A stretch of 62,443 bases of DNA, filler included, from Choristocarpus tenellus KU-1152 (Eukaryota > Protista > Phaeophyceae), in the NCBI GenBank assembly GCA_964200185.2. It is 11 parts of 11 records of this genome, joined end to end, with 100 filler letters (N's around TTAATTAATTAA, not from the genome) between each part and the next. Parts side by side here need not be neighbours in the genome. Positions count along the whole stretch, not along the records: positions 47,438 to 53,835 come from CAXNAD020008219.1; positions 53,936 to 57,910 come from CAXNAD020016838.1; positions 58,011 to 62,443 come from CAXNAD020014575.1; 8 more parts are not named here. One strand, written 5' to 3'. Below, piece after piece: positions 51,501-62,443 of the stretch. Each line of letters opens with the position of its first letter. Position 1 is the stretch's first letter. The position numbers and the translations under genes were made by a program. The notes beneath the pieces were generated by a model, which saw only the letters and a list, made by a program, of their open reading frames with translations, made no database searches and was not told the DNA's origin.

Positions 51501-51949
51501 AGGGACAGGTTTCAGTTGTGATGTCCAACACATTGATATGAGACAAGGCGCGTAGTCGTAACCATTACACTCCCCATCTTTTACCATTGAGGGCGAAGGT
51601 GATGAGATTTGGGTTAAACGCACGACCAACTTGCCGTGACCCTGAGATGAAAGGTCGTTTCAAACCAGGAAAGCCAGGTAATCGTATTTTCTCTTCTGAC
51701 TGGTTGCAGCCAATCAGAGTGGATGTTGAGGAACATGCCGTAACCCACCCCCAGCATACCTCAGTCCCATTTCTCACTTCTTCCCAATACCTGGTATCTG
51801 GTGGTTGTTATCACCCCCAATCACGTAGAATCTGGTCACATAATACCACTGATAATAATTTTATTTGTTTGATCTTCCGCCTGCTCGCGCCTCCAGTGGA
51901 GATACAATTTTTTATATATTAACATTTCTAACTTTGGTTCAAATCAAAA

Positions 51950-53040
51950 CATGTGTGATGTCATAACATCAAATGGATATCTACATGATTTCGCAAAGTT
52001 ATAATCCCCTTCCCCTTGCCCGTATCGTGAGCGACACTGAATAAATATCCGACGCGTAGGAACGTGGAAGACCTCCAGAGGCTGACCTCCAAGATTCAAC
52101 AAGCAGGATGGATGGCTAGTGACTAGGAGCAGCACCTGGATTTGGACTGGTTGAAGAGACCGCCTGCTGGGATTGGTGAGGGGCGAAGATATCAACGCTT
52201 CTCGAAAGTTCTAAACCTTGATTTTGGACATATTTGAGACATGAAGCCGTTGGAGTAGGATTCCAAGGCGCTGATTCAGTTTTGCCCTTCTCCTTGCCAG
52301 GACAGTGAAGACAAAGACGCGATGATGCCCCCATCGGCCAATGTTCTCGCCCTCATTGGCTCTGGGAGGAAAATCCCCACCGTTTGTGCTGAAGGTGATA
52401 TAACGGGAATATCCTCCAATGGAAGGAATGCGAGAGGGAAGCGAGCAGAGCTATGTTTGTGTCGGAAGGCTTAGACCAGGTTTGGATAAAGGTTGGATAC
52501 AGCGTTAGAATTCACGACCCTCCTTCTGCTCTACCGTAGTCCCCCATCTTTTCCATAGTACTACCCGACCCTTTCGTACAGTAGTCGTACTACTCGCTCG
52601 AAAATTTTTCCTATCCTCAACTCAATCAACGCTTCTCACTCAGTCCAATATCAATGCGCAGGTATTGAAGATTGCGGATGGATTTGGTAACGGCCTGGAA
52701 TGTGAGGTGAAGACCCTGAGCAGGCTGAATGGCTGCAACATTGCGCCAGCCATGCTGGGCTGGACGAACGGCGACCAGAACGACTCTAGGAGTGCCGTAC
52801 TCATGGCCAGGGGAGGGCGGTGAGTCCCCGCACATTAGAGTCAATTTCTCTGGGCATATATTTTGCCAAAGCCAAGATCGTGGATTAAAATTCTTTGTCA
52901 AATTCTTGTCGGTACTGAGGGCTCAAGGTGTTTGGGAATACGATATGAGTATTCCCACTCCTTGTTAGGAGGGTGTACCAGTTAGGACTTGGTTCATGCG
53001 ATGAGAACTTGCGTGTCAGATGACACCTGTGGTTCGCGAA
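51950..53040 (-). mobile_element. Possible CRE-like non-LTR retrotransposon 3' remnant (zinc finger plus restriction-like endonuclease)
   Basis: Broken motifs EFDKEF...TALPW, GRWGHH/CLHCPG, SVDIFAP, SPNPGAA, ILLVESW. Confidence 0.3.
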
Positions 53041-53045
53041 GAAAT

Positions 53046-53225
53046 GACCCCAAAGTATCTGGGGGCAGGGGGCGGTCTACACCAGGGTGTCCATTTGGGT
53101 CAAAACCAGAAAAAAGTGCACCTGCATTGTCCGTCCGACGTATGCAACCAAATCATCCACAAATTGCAACTTCAAAAAATTGACTCCAAATGGACAGCTG
53201 CCACCCCCCCCAGAAACTTTGAGCC
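53046..53225 (+). mobile_element. MITE family B, full length
   Basis: GACCCCAAAGTATCTGGGGG ... CCCCAGAAACTTTGAGCC; flanks AAT/AAT. Confidence 0.9.
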
Positions 53226-53339
53226 AATCCTCTGTATTTAGCATTTTTTTGTTACTGCAAGGGTGGCTGCTGTAGTGCATGTAAAGCAATATTTTGCTCG
53301 AAATTTAGGTGCACCTTAGAGAGATGGCTTGAGCTTTCT

Positions 53340-53835
53340 AAGCAGCCAAAGGCAGAACACCCTGGTGCAGTGTACCATGCATTATTGACTGTGACATGGA
53401 AAAAGTAGTAGACTGTAAAATACTGGAGCTAGTTAACTGTGACAAGAGGGATGAAGAGTTATTGTGGGATGAAAGCAACCCACTCTTTTTGTTCAGACCA
53501 TGTATTTCTGGATCAACTTGACTTTGATGTTGATCCTCTTTTCCCAGACACAATGACCCAGAAAGGTGAGGGACTATTGCGAAACGACCACCCCCTTCAT
53601 CACATTGTGAATTTTACGGGTGAAGATGAATATATCATCTAGCACATTTGCAATTGGACATTATTTCTGGTCATGTCTAACCAACCTTCTTTGACTCCGC
53701 CACAACCCATGTTTGACACGCAGCAAAATGGACATGCATCTCATCCGTCACTTCCAAGGTCTTGCGGGAAGCGGACCATCCATGGAGCTCGAGTTGATCT
53801 TTTTCCAGGTGAGAATACCGTTGTGTTTGTACATC
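53340..53835 (-). mobile_element. Reverse-transcriptase remnant (DIRS/Gypsy-like)
   Basis: NVLDDIFIF followed by SLTFLG. Confidence 0.35.
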
Positions 53836-56800
53836 NNNNNNNNNNNNNNNNNNNNNNNNNNNNNNNNNNNNNNNNNNNNTTAATTAATTAANNNNNNNNN
53901 NNNNNNNNNNNNNNNNNNNNNNNNNNNNNNNNNNNGGATTCAATTCAACACAATAATCTCATATACACAAAATAAGGTACACTTCACTATTGTCCTATTT
54001 TGCACAGACATGGTCTAGACATGCTAGAGAATATTTAACACGGTCCGACTGGCGGACTTGGACAGGTTCAAAACCTGGCGGACATCGACTGGGACTTGTC
54101 AGATAATTGTGGGACTGGTCCGGCCAACCGACTGGATCATTTAAATCTTCCACCACAACAGTGAAAAGCCCTGGTGAAGAGTTGTAATGCGTTATATTCC
54201 GATTGAGTATGTTGTAATTGAGCAGGGCAAGGCAAGGCAAGGATAAGGTGGAGATCATGAATTGACTATGGTTATCTGAACAACTCTTCCCATTGATAAG
54301 TTCACTGCTTTTACTTCCCCACCAAATTTGTGAAACAGATGTTCCCAATCTCAGTCTCCTCCGTTTAATCAGGTTCCGTCAGCACTGTTCAGGTAAGATG
54401 TATCCATGAGGGCTGCGACAAGAGTGGCTCTTTTCTCTCTCTCCCCCTATGAGAGGTCAAAACATATTTTTGGGGAAATATAGGTTTGGGATGAAGGAAT
54501 TTTGACAATGTGATGTCGTACTTAACAATAATGATGGGTTGAGACACAGAAAAGCAAAGTCCGAACTTGCCACTTTCCAGTCCCCACATACATGATGATG
54601 AGAGAGGTCTTCACCGGTGTGCTCTTCAACCTTGTGAGTGGGCAAGGGTCAGACCAACTCAGAGATAGGCAGGGTCACTTTTTTAGGATTCCCAGAAAGG
54701 GCAAAATTACTCCATTTTGTACAATTGCAGAAAGGGGGTTGCTGAATTGTGGTGTCACTTTGTGTGGGGAAAGTGGGAATATCAATATTGAGTGCACTAT
54801 TGTGCACGTAAAGAAATGGAATGGAGTGTATTGCACAGGGTAAGAAAATGAGTTAGAATGCAAAAGGGTCCAAATCTGCTCATTACTCAATTGGTTTGGC
54901 TCTACCATGGATACCTTTTCATCCCGGTCAAGAAAGGTCGTTCTGCTCAAACAGGTGCAAATTGTCGCACCCACTTTTTTGGAACCCAAAGTCGAAGGAG
55001 TGGGCATGCTTGGCTTGACAGTGAAGGTTGTCGTGCGTCCACCAGCATCCATTATCCCTTGCCTGGCATAATCATCCCTTGCCTGACAGGTATAGTGTTC
55101 TTTCTATGTTGTAATACACTACCACTGTGGTGGTTTAGGAGGTACCCCCCTTCTACATTAAAAAAAATTCTTGGCCCTATTTTAGGAACTTTTCTGCCAT
55201 TTTTTTTTACTATTATATCTTAACTTTTTTTTGGCGACTTTTACTGATTTTTCCCCACCTTTTGGGGGTTAATTTTTCGTTGTTTCCGACAATCTCTTGA
55301 ACTCTTCAGGTCATTTAGAACACATTCTCGAGGTTGGAAGCCATCGGTAACTCCACAATGTAAAGCACATTTTCTTCAAGAAAGAAGAAAAACATCATAT
55401 ATTATGGTGTTACGTTGATTGTTGAACATTTTTTTTCAACAATAAAATTACTACACTACAATCGCACGACCTATCACATATACATCCATACTGTCCTTTC
55501 CTTTCAAAATATGTGTGTGCAATGATAACACCCTGATGTAATGATTATTGCACCATGGCCCAATTTGATGTTACGCAATGCATGTATCCGCAATCAAATA
55601 ATAGAAGGAAACACCATGATGATGTGGAACTGAAACGTCAAAATGCATCAACTCACATTTACATACAAGTTTGATGAAGAAATTCCCAACGTGCTCTCTG
55701 TTCACACAGGAGGGGCAATATCTGGTAAAAAGATCCTTCGCTATTTTTACCACGACCGTACATGCAACTAGACCAAGTGATGTACCTGTCCCTCTCTCTA
55801 AAATTGGAATCGCTATGTACACACACCCTTCCAAAATGCAGCAAACCTAGGTAGGAGGCTGTGGCTGGAGAAGAGACAAGAAATGCTTGTCCAAATGGCA
55901 CGGAATCGTCCTTGAGAGTGCAAACATGTACACGCCAGAAGGCACTAACAAGGACTCCAAAATATATTCAATGACACCCCCCCCCCTAACATTAGATGGG
56001 TCTCTGTTTCACTTGGGAGCTCTATTAATATCAGAACCGTGTGCCATGTTGTGCTGGTCGATCTCCTTGTAGAGTTTGACAAACGGTCAGATATCCCAGT
56101 CCCTGCACTGTCTTTCTTGATGGTATACAAAGTAGAGCTCAGGCCTTCCTTCTGCACACGCTACCCATTAAACAACTCACCCTGTTCTTCAATGACCTCT
56201 CGCTTCATCACGTAATTACTGCTAGAAATAAAAAATTCATACATAGGTAACACATACACCAAGAAAAAAACCTTACTTGCTCGAAGAGAGGCACCAAATC
56301 AACATCAAAGAAGAAGTAGATGAATCAACGTGTTAATTTCCTTGTTTTGATTAAGGTTTGAAATACCGCACCAACAGCAGCAGTATGTGATAAGGAAGGA
56401 ACCAGCGATTATGAAGCCTGTTTGGCAAGAAACTGTTTGTCAGGTGTCTTATCTCGAATATGCAGTAGTGTGGTGGTGGAATGCGTGGAAGTCAGTATGA
56501 TGATAGTCTAAGTATATATAGACAGTGAATTACATATTAATACTACTATGTGCATCATGTAGTATATAGCAGTAACATGTCAAGCAGTGACCTCCTCATG
56601 GGATTGATGACGCCATCATCACCACAGACGTTGGACAGCACATACACACCATCCAGTCTCAAACCATGATGAATATGAAACGTCAGAATCATCAACACCA
56701 ACCAAGTACGCTCCTTTCTATAAGCTCCTCCTTTCCAGGTCAATAATACTACCGCTATACTATACTACCTATACTATACTAATACATTATACTATTCATG

Positions 56801-58010
56801 ACAATACCAACAAAACGCCTCAACGACACCAAACATATCACAAAGGATAGGATAGTTCCCGATGCATGAACCATACACAACACTAGCCTTAACTCACTTA
56901 CTAGCTTATTCCAAGAAGTTCCCCTTTAGTCATCTTTTGGTCGATCCTAAGCATACAGGCCTTAACAGGTACCAATCATATCACGTCACAACAACAACAT
57001 AATGAGAGACAAAACTAGCAAGCACTAAAGAATTGATTTTTTTTTCTTGCCTAGACTCCTGGTGTGCCTTCTTGTTATATGATGCTCTTCTAACAACCAA
57101 CACCACACCGCAATCAACACCCAACTATTTCTTTTGATCAGACAGCCCTTGTGCCGGAAATACATGCGCGTACATAGCACAATCAACTCTGTTTCCTCAC
57201 ATCTGTTCTCCTCCAACAAAAAAGCACCAACAGAACCCCCCTCCCCCCCCCCCCCCCCCCCACACCAACCTTTCCTTTTTTTTTTATTTCCACCCAGCAA
57301 TTGTTCGTTTTTTGTTTTTNNNNNNNNNNATCTGTTCTCCTCCAACAAAAAAGCACCAACAGAACCCCCCCCCCCCCCCCCCACAACAGTACAATTCGTC
57401 TCCTTTGATTTCAATAGCAACAGGAGATTGGTCCGTGTTAGGTTACTGATATAAAAAAAGGTAATGATACGACCCCTTGCTAATGAAAAAGACAGCGATT
57501 CCATCTCTTAAGACTATAGATACAGGTAAAACATCAGCCAACCCCTAAAACCCTAACCCTACCCAGACAGGTACCTCCCATCAGTTCCCTCTTCCAGCTT
57601 CATTACCCCATGACACAAATGGCCAAAAACACAAGGATCTACACTCCCAGACCGCAGCACACCTCATGGTACACAGCCAGCAAAAAGTGCCATCACGATA
57701 ATACCTCCTACGAAAAATCATACAAACAAGTCTGTTCAAAGGCTGATCGGAATCACCAGTCCTTCTACCAGGTCAGCTCTGTCTGCATCAATCACTTGTA
57801 TGCATATACAGGCCTCCAACATTCCATTCACACCTCCATCCAACCCCCCCCCCCCTCAAATCACTTCAATGCGAGTGCAAGATCAGTCCAAAAAAGACAT
57901 TGAATACAGCNNNNNNNNNNNNNNNNNNNNNNNNNNNNNNNNNNNNNNNNNNNNTTAATTAATTAANNNNNNNNNNNNNNNNNNNNNNNNNNNNNNNNNN
58001 NNNNNNNNNN

Positions 58011-58067
58011 GAAAAAAACGGTGAAAAACGGACACTGCCCCCCCCCCCCCCCCAGATACTTTGAACC
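58011..58067 (-). mobile_element. MITE family C terminus at gap edge
   Basis: Reverse complement matches the left end of 25918-26089 (AAAGTATCT(G)n..GTCCGTTTTTCACC). Confidence 0.8.
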
Positions 58068-58652
58068 GGTTTCGCAAGCATCCTATGTTGTTTGTGTAAT
58101 GTAAATAACCTTTATTTGCCTCTCTTAGGTTCTCAAGTGCTGTAGGGTTACTTTATTGGTGCAATGAAATAAGTTTTGAAATAAGAATAGTCAACTTTGA
58201 GGAGTTGTATTTGTATAGTCATTTTTCTACCTATGGATACTGTGCTGCAATTCCCTTGTGGTGCTTGGCAGTTGTTGTTGATCCTTCAGTAGGTGTTTTT
58301 GTGAGTTGCTTAGAGGTCCTGATTGTAATCAAGTGTACTCATAGTTTGGAGGCTGATTTTATATTTTATATTTCCGGGCTGCACCTCGTTTATAAGAGAT
58401 ATGTTTTCGGTGTCACCCTTTGTGCTTTTTTTTCTGATGGTATAGGGGTAGGGTTTATGCCAAGTCATGTCTGACTGACTGACTCATTTTTTGTATAGCA
58501 CTCATGTCTTTTTTTTTTCCCTTTCGTTTTGGCAGTAGGTCAGTCACCCTTGACTTCCAGTCATGTTTGACTCTCCTCTCCTGGACTTTTACCTAATCCT
58601 GTGCCTGGACATGATACTATTGTCTGTCTCTTATGGTGTTTGCCCTGTGTAG

Positions 58653-61600
58653 TTGGCAAACCTGCGTGTACTTTTGAACAAGGAAGGCAAGTGCCGTGGT
58701 TTGGCTCTGGTTCGCTTTATGGAGAAGGAGTATGCCACAAAGGCCTTGGAATCCATCCCTGGGATCAAGGTGTGTGTTTGTCTGTCTGTGTGTGTGAGTG
58801 AGTGGCTTTTGCAAGATAGAAAGGTAGTAAGGGGTATCACTTTTTTGTCTAGGACAAAGTTTTTTTTTTGTGAAGTGATTGTTTTGTTGACTCAAGTTGT
58901 TTTTGTTCGATCTAGGTTGTCGTTAGTTTTGTATTCTTTAGGAAGGCTTTTTTGTGTTCAAGGTTGCAGTGCACTCACCTTCACACCCCCCCGTTTGTGA
59001 CTCTTGGATACTAGAATAGCATTTTGTATTTTTTGTGGTAGGCTCAAGTGTTGTAATCAACACATTCGGTGAGGATTGTGAATATAAGTTTTAAACAAAG
59101 TGGTGACTATTTTTCTGATGTGTTATCTTTTTTTCTGTCTGCCCTTTATTTTCTCAAGATGGGAAATCCTGAAAAGACTCTATCTGTGCGTAAGTCAGAC
59201 AACTCCAACACCCTCTTTATTGGAAACCTCAACAAGATATGGACCAAGGTGAGGAAAATCGGCCCTCGTTGTTGTGGGGAGTTGTCGTACTTGTTCTTGA
59301 TTCTTTGTTTTTTAGTAGAATTGATTTTTTTTCCCCACCTCTTCTTGCTCTCGTCCTATCTGACACCATCCTCCCCAGTACATAGGATTTAACTTTTTTT
59401 TTAAACTTTATTCCACGGTGTAGTTTGGTTTTTATTTTAAAATTGTGGTTAGGTTTTTTGCTTTTGAAATATTTTAACTGCATTTCTTGCTGCAGATCTA
59501 GGAACAAGAGTGGATCATTCTGTAGACTGCTTAAGTACAGTTTTCTCGGAAATAATCAAGTCTTGAATTCTAAGTAAGTACAACTGCGATATTTAGGAGC
59601 GTAATTGGTGTCAAAAACATTTTATTAAAATGCGATGTACCCAAAGTAGTCACCACAAACTTGTTAAGGTCATTTTTAATCCTCTCAATGCTGGGATCAC
59701 TGTTTTCTTGACTGATCTTTTTATTGCAGGCGATGGTGCAGAAGGCGTTTGAGGATGCTGTGGCTGGTGTGGTGAACTTTGAGCTGACAATGGATGCAAT
59801 GAACAAGGACCAAAATCGAGGGTTTGGCTTTGCTACATTTGAGACAGTTGAGGCGTGTAAAGCTGCACATGCGAAGTGGCACAAGGATAAGCTCAAGATC
59901 ATGGTGAGTACCTCTTATCTTTGTTGTTTCTTTCTGTTTTTTGTTTTTGAAATAAGTAGGTGAAGACTCAGAATCTTTCGGCACTGTTTTATTTTTATTT
60001 TTATTTATTTTAAGAATTGACCGAAATGTTGATTCTGTGGTGCTATTAGTTACGTACATGAAGTAAAGTGTATTCATTTAGGCGTCTTTGTCAGCCTCCG
60101 CCTGATGCTGGTTGAGCCTCTGGGTCTTGAATTTGGGTGAGTTGAGGTGAGGTAATATTGTTGAAAAGATACACGTGGTGAATTGAGTTCTTTCTTGGTC
60201 ATACCAGTGTTTTGCGTTGGCAATTTCAAACTTCTCTTCTTGAATACTGTCTATTTTGGGGAGAGTGAACTGAACTGAACTGAACTGCTCTGCTGATTGT
60301 GGTAAAAATGAACAGGAGAACTTTGTTCTCATGGACTGGGCAGAGACCAGGGGCAACAAGGAGGATGATGACCGTGGGATATACATCCTCAATGTTGACC
60401 CTGATGTGGACGACCTCATTTTCCGTGCTCACTTTGCAAAGTATGGGACAATCGAGAAGGTGTGTGTTATGTGTGTATTACGTGTCTGTATATTTTGTCT
60501 TTGAGAAAACAAAAGAATTAAGAATGGTAATGTAATGTTACACACTTATCAAATAATTAGTGAAGCTAAAAATTGGGTTGAAGAAATTGTCATTTAAGAA
60601 ATGATACTCATGTTTTCATTATGTATTTTGACATGGGTATGAATATTTTCGATTTTTTAATATACAAGGGAGTGGTGGAGAAATTTCTGTCGTTTTAGGT
60701 CTTTCACTTTTTGAGTGAATGCCTCATTTTATCTTCACTGCCTTGGGATTAGATTAGGGTTAGGATTATCAAGGGGACTTCATGATTGTGCGTTGAGGTT
60801 TATGGACTTATTGATTGAAAATCTCTGGTGTTGAGTGTGCTTGTGAGGTGGAAGTGTGGCAGGTTTTTGTTATGGTATGTAGGAAAGTAATTGCTGTGAT
60901 CAATTGGATGGAAGATGATGGGCATAAATTATCAGGGTGTTGGATTTAATTTGCTCTTCTGTTGCATGCATCATGTGATGGTATATGATACTTGGATAGT
61001 GTGTGCAGAAGGCTTTGTGTTGGATTGCTTGATTGCTTCCGTTCTGACAAAAACGGCATTTATTGTAATTGTTGATGTGTTGAAGTGTTGAGTTGATTTG
61101 TTTGAGAAAAGTTTGTGTGAATTTGAACTTGATGCAAACAAAAAGAACGGGTCTTTGTAGGTGTCTTTATATGTGCTTCTCTTATTTATCAATTGCCCCC
61201 CTCCCCTTCTTGTGCTGTGCTTGCTACAGGTGGTGTATGGTAGATTGATTCCCCATGCAAGGCGAAATGACTTTGCCATCATCAACTTCTCCAACCGGGA
61301 TGCAGCGAAAAATGCCATTGCTGAGATGAATGGAACAATGTTCCAGGGCAGGTAAGACATAGGCCAAAATTGTTGGGGTAGTCAGGAGGTAGGCTAGTGA
61401 CTCCAAAGGGTTAAAATTACGAAACGGGAGGTGGTCGTGATGTCTTCATGTGATGTGCTCACCTTCTTGCTAACATGTTCAATTCCCTGTTCTCTGGTTG
61501 ACTTTCTGGAAAGGTCGATGGAGATCACCATGGCCAAGGCCAAGAGGAAGAGAGACTTTTCACAAGTGAGGGGTACACAGGTGTGAAAAAGTATCCAGGA

Positions 61601-62443
61601 TTTTGTTGATTGATAAGTTAAAGGAGGTGAGAGAGATATGTTTTTGGTTGGAATTTAATTGAAGGGAGAGAGGCAAGGGTGATGACTGGGGATCTTTTTG
61701 GTTCCAGAAGCTTTTTAGAAAGCAGTGTTCAAGCTTGGCCATAAGAAGACTTTAATATATTGATCTCTGTTGTTGGGAATATGTGATAGTGTTAGAGGGG
61801 AGGCAGTATGTATAGTTTTTACCAAGTAAGGTAGGCGTTTTGTAGATGGGCAAAGCTAACGTCATAGTGTGATGTTTAAGATGTGGACTACTCTCCAATA
61901 AAGAGAGCAGTTTTGATTCCTTGCTGGACAATAATATTTGACTGTTCAAGAGTCTTACAAGGGATAGCCATTTGAAACGATTCATTAGTTCATCAGTTCA
62001 TATCCTGAACTGGTAATAAAAGGGTATACTGGAGTGCAATTTTTTGTGGTGATATGTGCATTTGGGAGTTTTTTTTTTTGTCATACCTCTAAAATATATT
62101 GCCTCCAGCTTTGTGCAAAGTGCTATCGCTAACTTTGACATTCTCCACCTTTTTTACGTATGAATCATGTGGTATTATTTTAATCCTACCTTCAGGCTGG
62201 CTACGGAGGTGGCCGTGGGAGCTATGAGGGTCGTGGGGGTGGCTATGGTGGCCGAGGTGGGGGAAGAGGGTACAACCATCGCTACGAAAATGGAGGCGGT
62301 GGTAGAGGTGGTGGTGGTGGCTATGAGGGGCGTGGAGGCTACAATCGTCCTTCGTATGGAGGGGGAGGAAGCTATGGGAGCGGGTACAATGGGCGTGGCA
62401 GTGGGGGTGGTGGCAGTGGGGGTGGTGGCTATGAAGGTGGTGG
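58653..62443 (+). CDS. RNA-binding protein with three RRMs and an RGG/Gly-Tyr tail (hnRNP Q/R-like); exons 58653-58769, 59159-59248, 59730-59903, 60316-60459, 61230-61351, 61514-61565, 62196->62443
   Basis: All junctions are GT-AG and phase-compatible; RNP motifs CRGLALVRF, LFIGNL, NRGFGFATF, IYILNV, DFAIINF; DWAE after RRM2; GGRGSYEGRGGGYGGRGG tail. Confidence 0.92.

Noticed and set aside
54389-55052. hAT-like motif EEHTGEDL
   Set aside because: Single short motif with no supporting catalytic residues or termini
57200-57385. Direct repeat ATCTGTTCTCCTCCAACAAAAAAGCACCAACAGAACCCCC on both sides of a 10-N gap
   Set aside because: Probably unmerged contig overlap at a poly-C tract
57541-57565. 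Telomere-like CCCTAA words (also ~7915, ~21731, ~60755)
   Set aside because: Only 2-3 imperfect units each; insufficient to call interstitial telomeric arrays
466-58067. Recurrent AAAGTATCT/AGATACTTT motif read as a CRISPR-like or regulatory repeat
   Set aside because: Dispersed, paired as inverted termini with TSDs and with no spacer periodicity; explained by MITEs

Overview
Eukaryotic, intron-rich, repeat-dense scaffold with N-gaps carrying an artificial TTAATTAATTAA linker. The EsV-1-7 repeat gene suggests a brown alga or related stramenopile (inference). Supported host genes: the last two exons of a small Cys-rich, probably GPI-anchored protein (783-2139 +); an EsV-1-7 repeat protein (8996-10492 -); a very long low-complexity exon/ORF (17705-21296 -) with a frame-shifted continuation; a spliced TPR protein (26613-28279 -); and a spliced three-RRM plus RGG-tail hnRNP Q/R-like protein (58653 to window end, +). 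Most of the rest is decayed transposons (Copia, LINE/RTE, CRE-like, DD39D mariner, Sola2-like). The most striking unexplained structure is about 20 copies or ends of three MITE families (A ~258 bp, B and C ~180 bp). They share a 14-bp terminus (GRNYSAAAGTATCT...AGATACTTTSRNYC), a subterminal AAAYGGAC motif and, in several copies, exact 4-bp target-site duplications. They nest into each other and into other transposons, and a decayed Sola2-like transposase lies in the same window.
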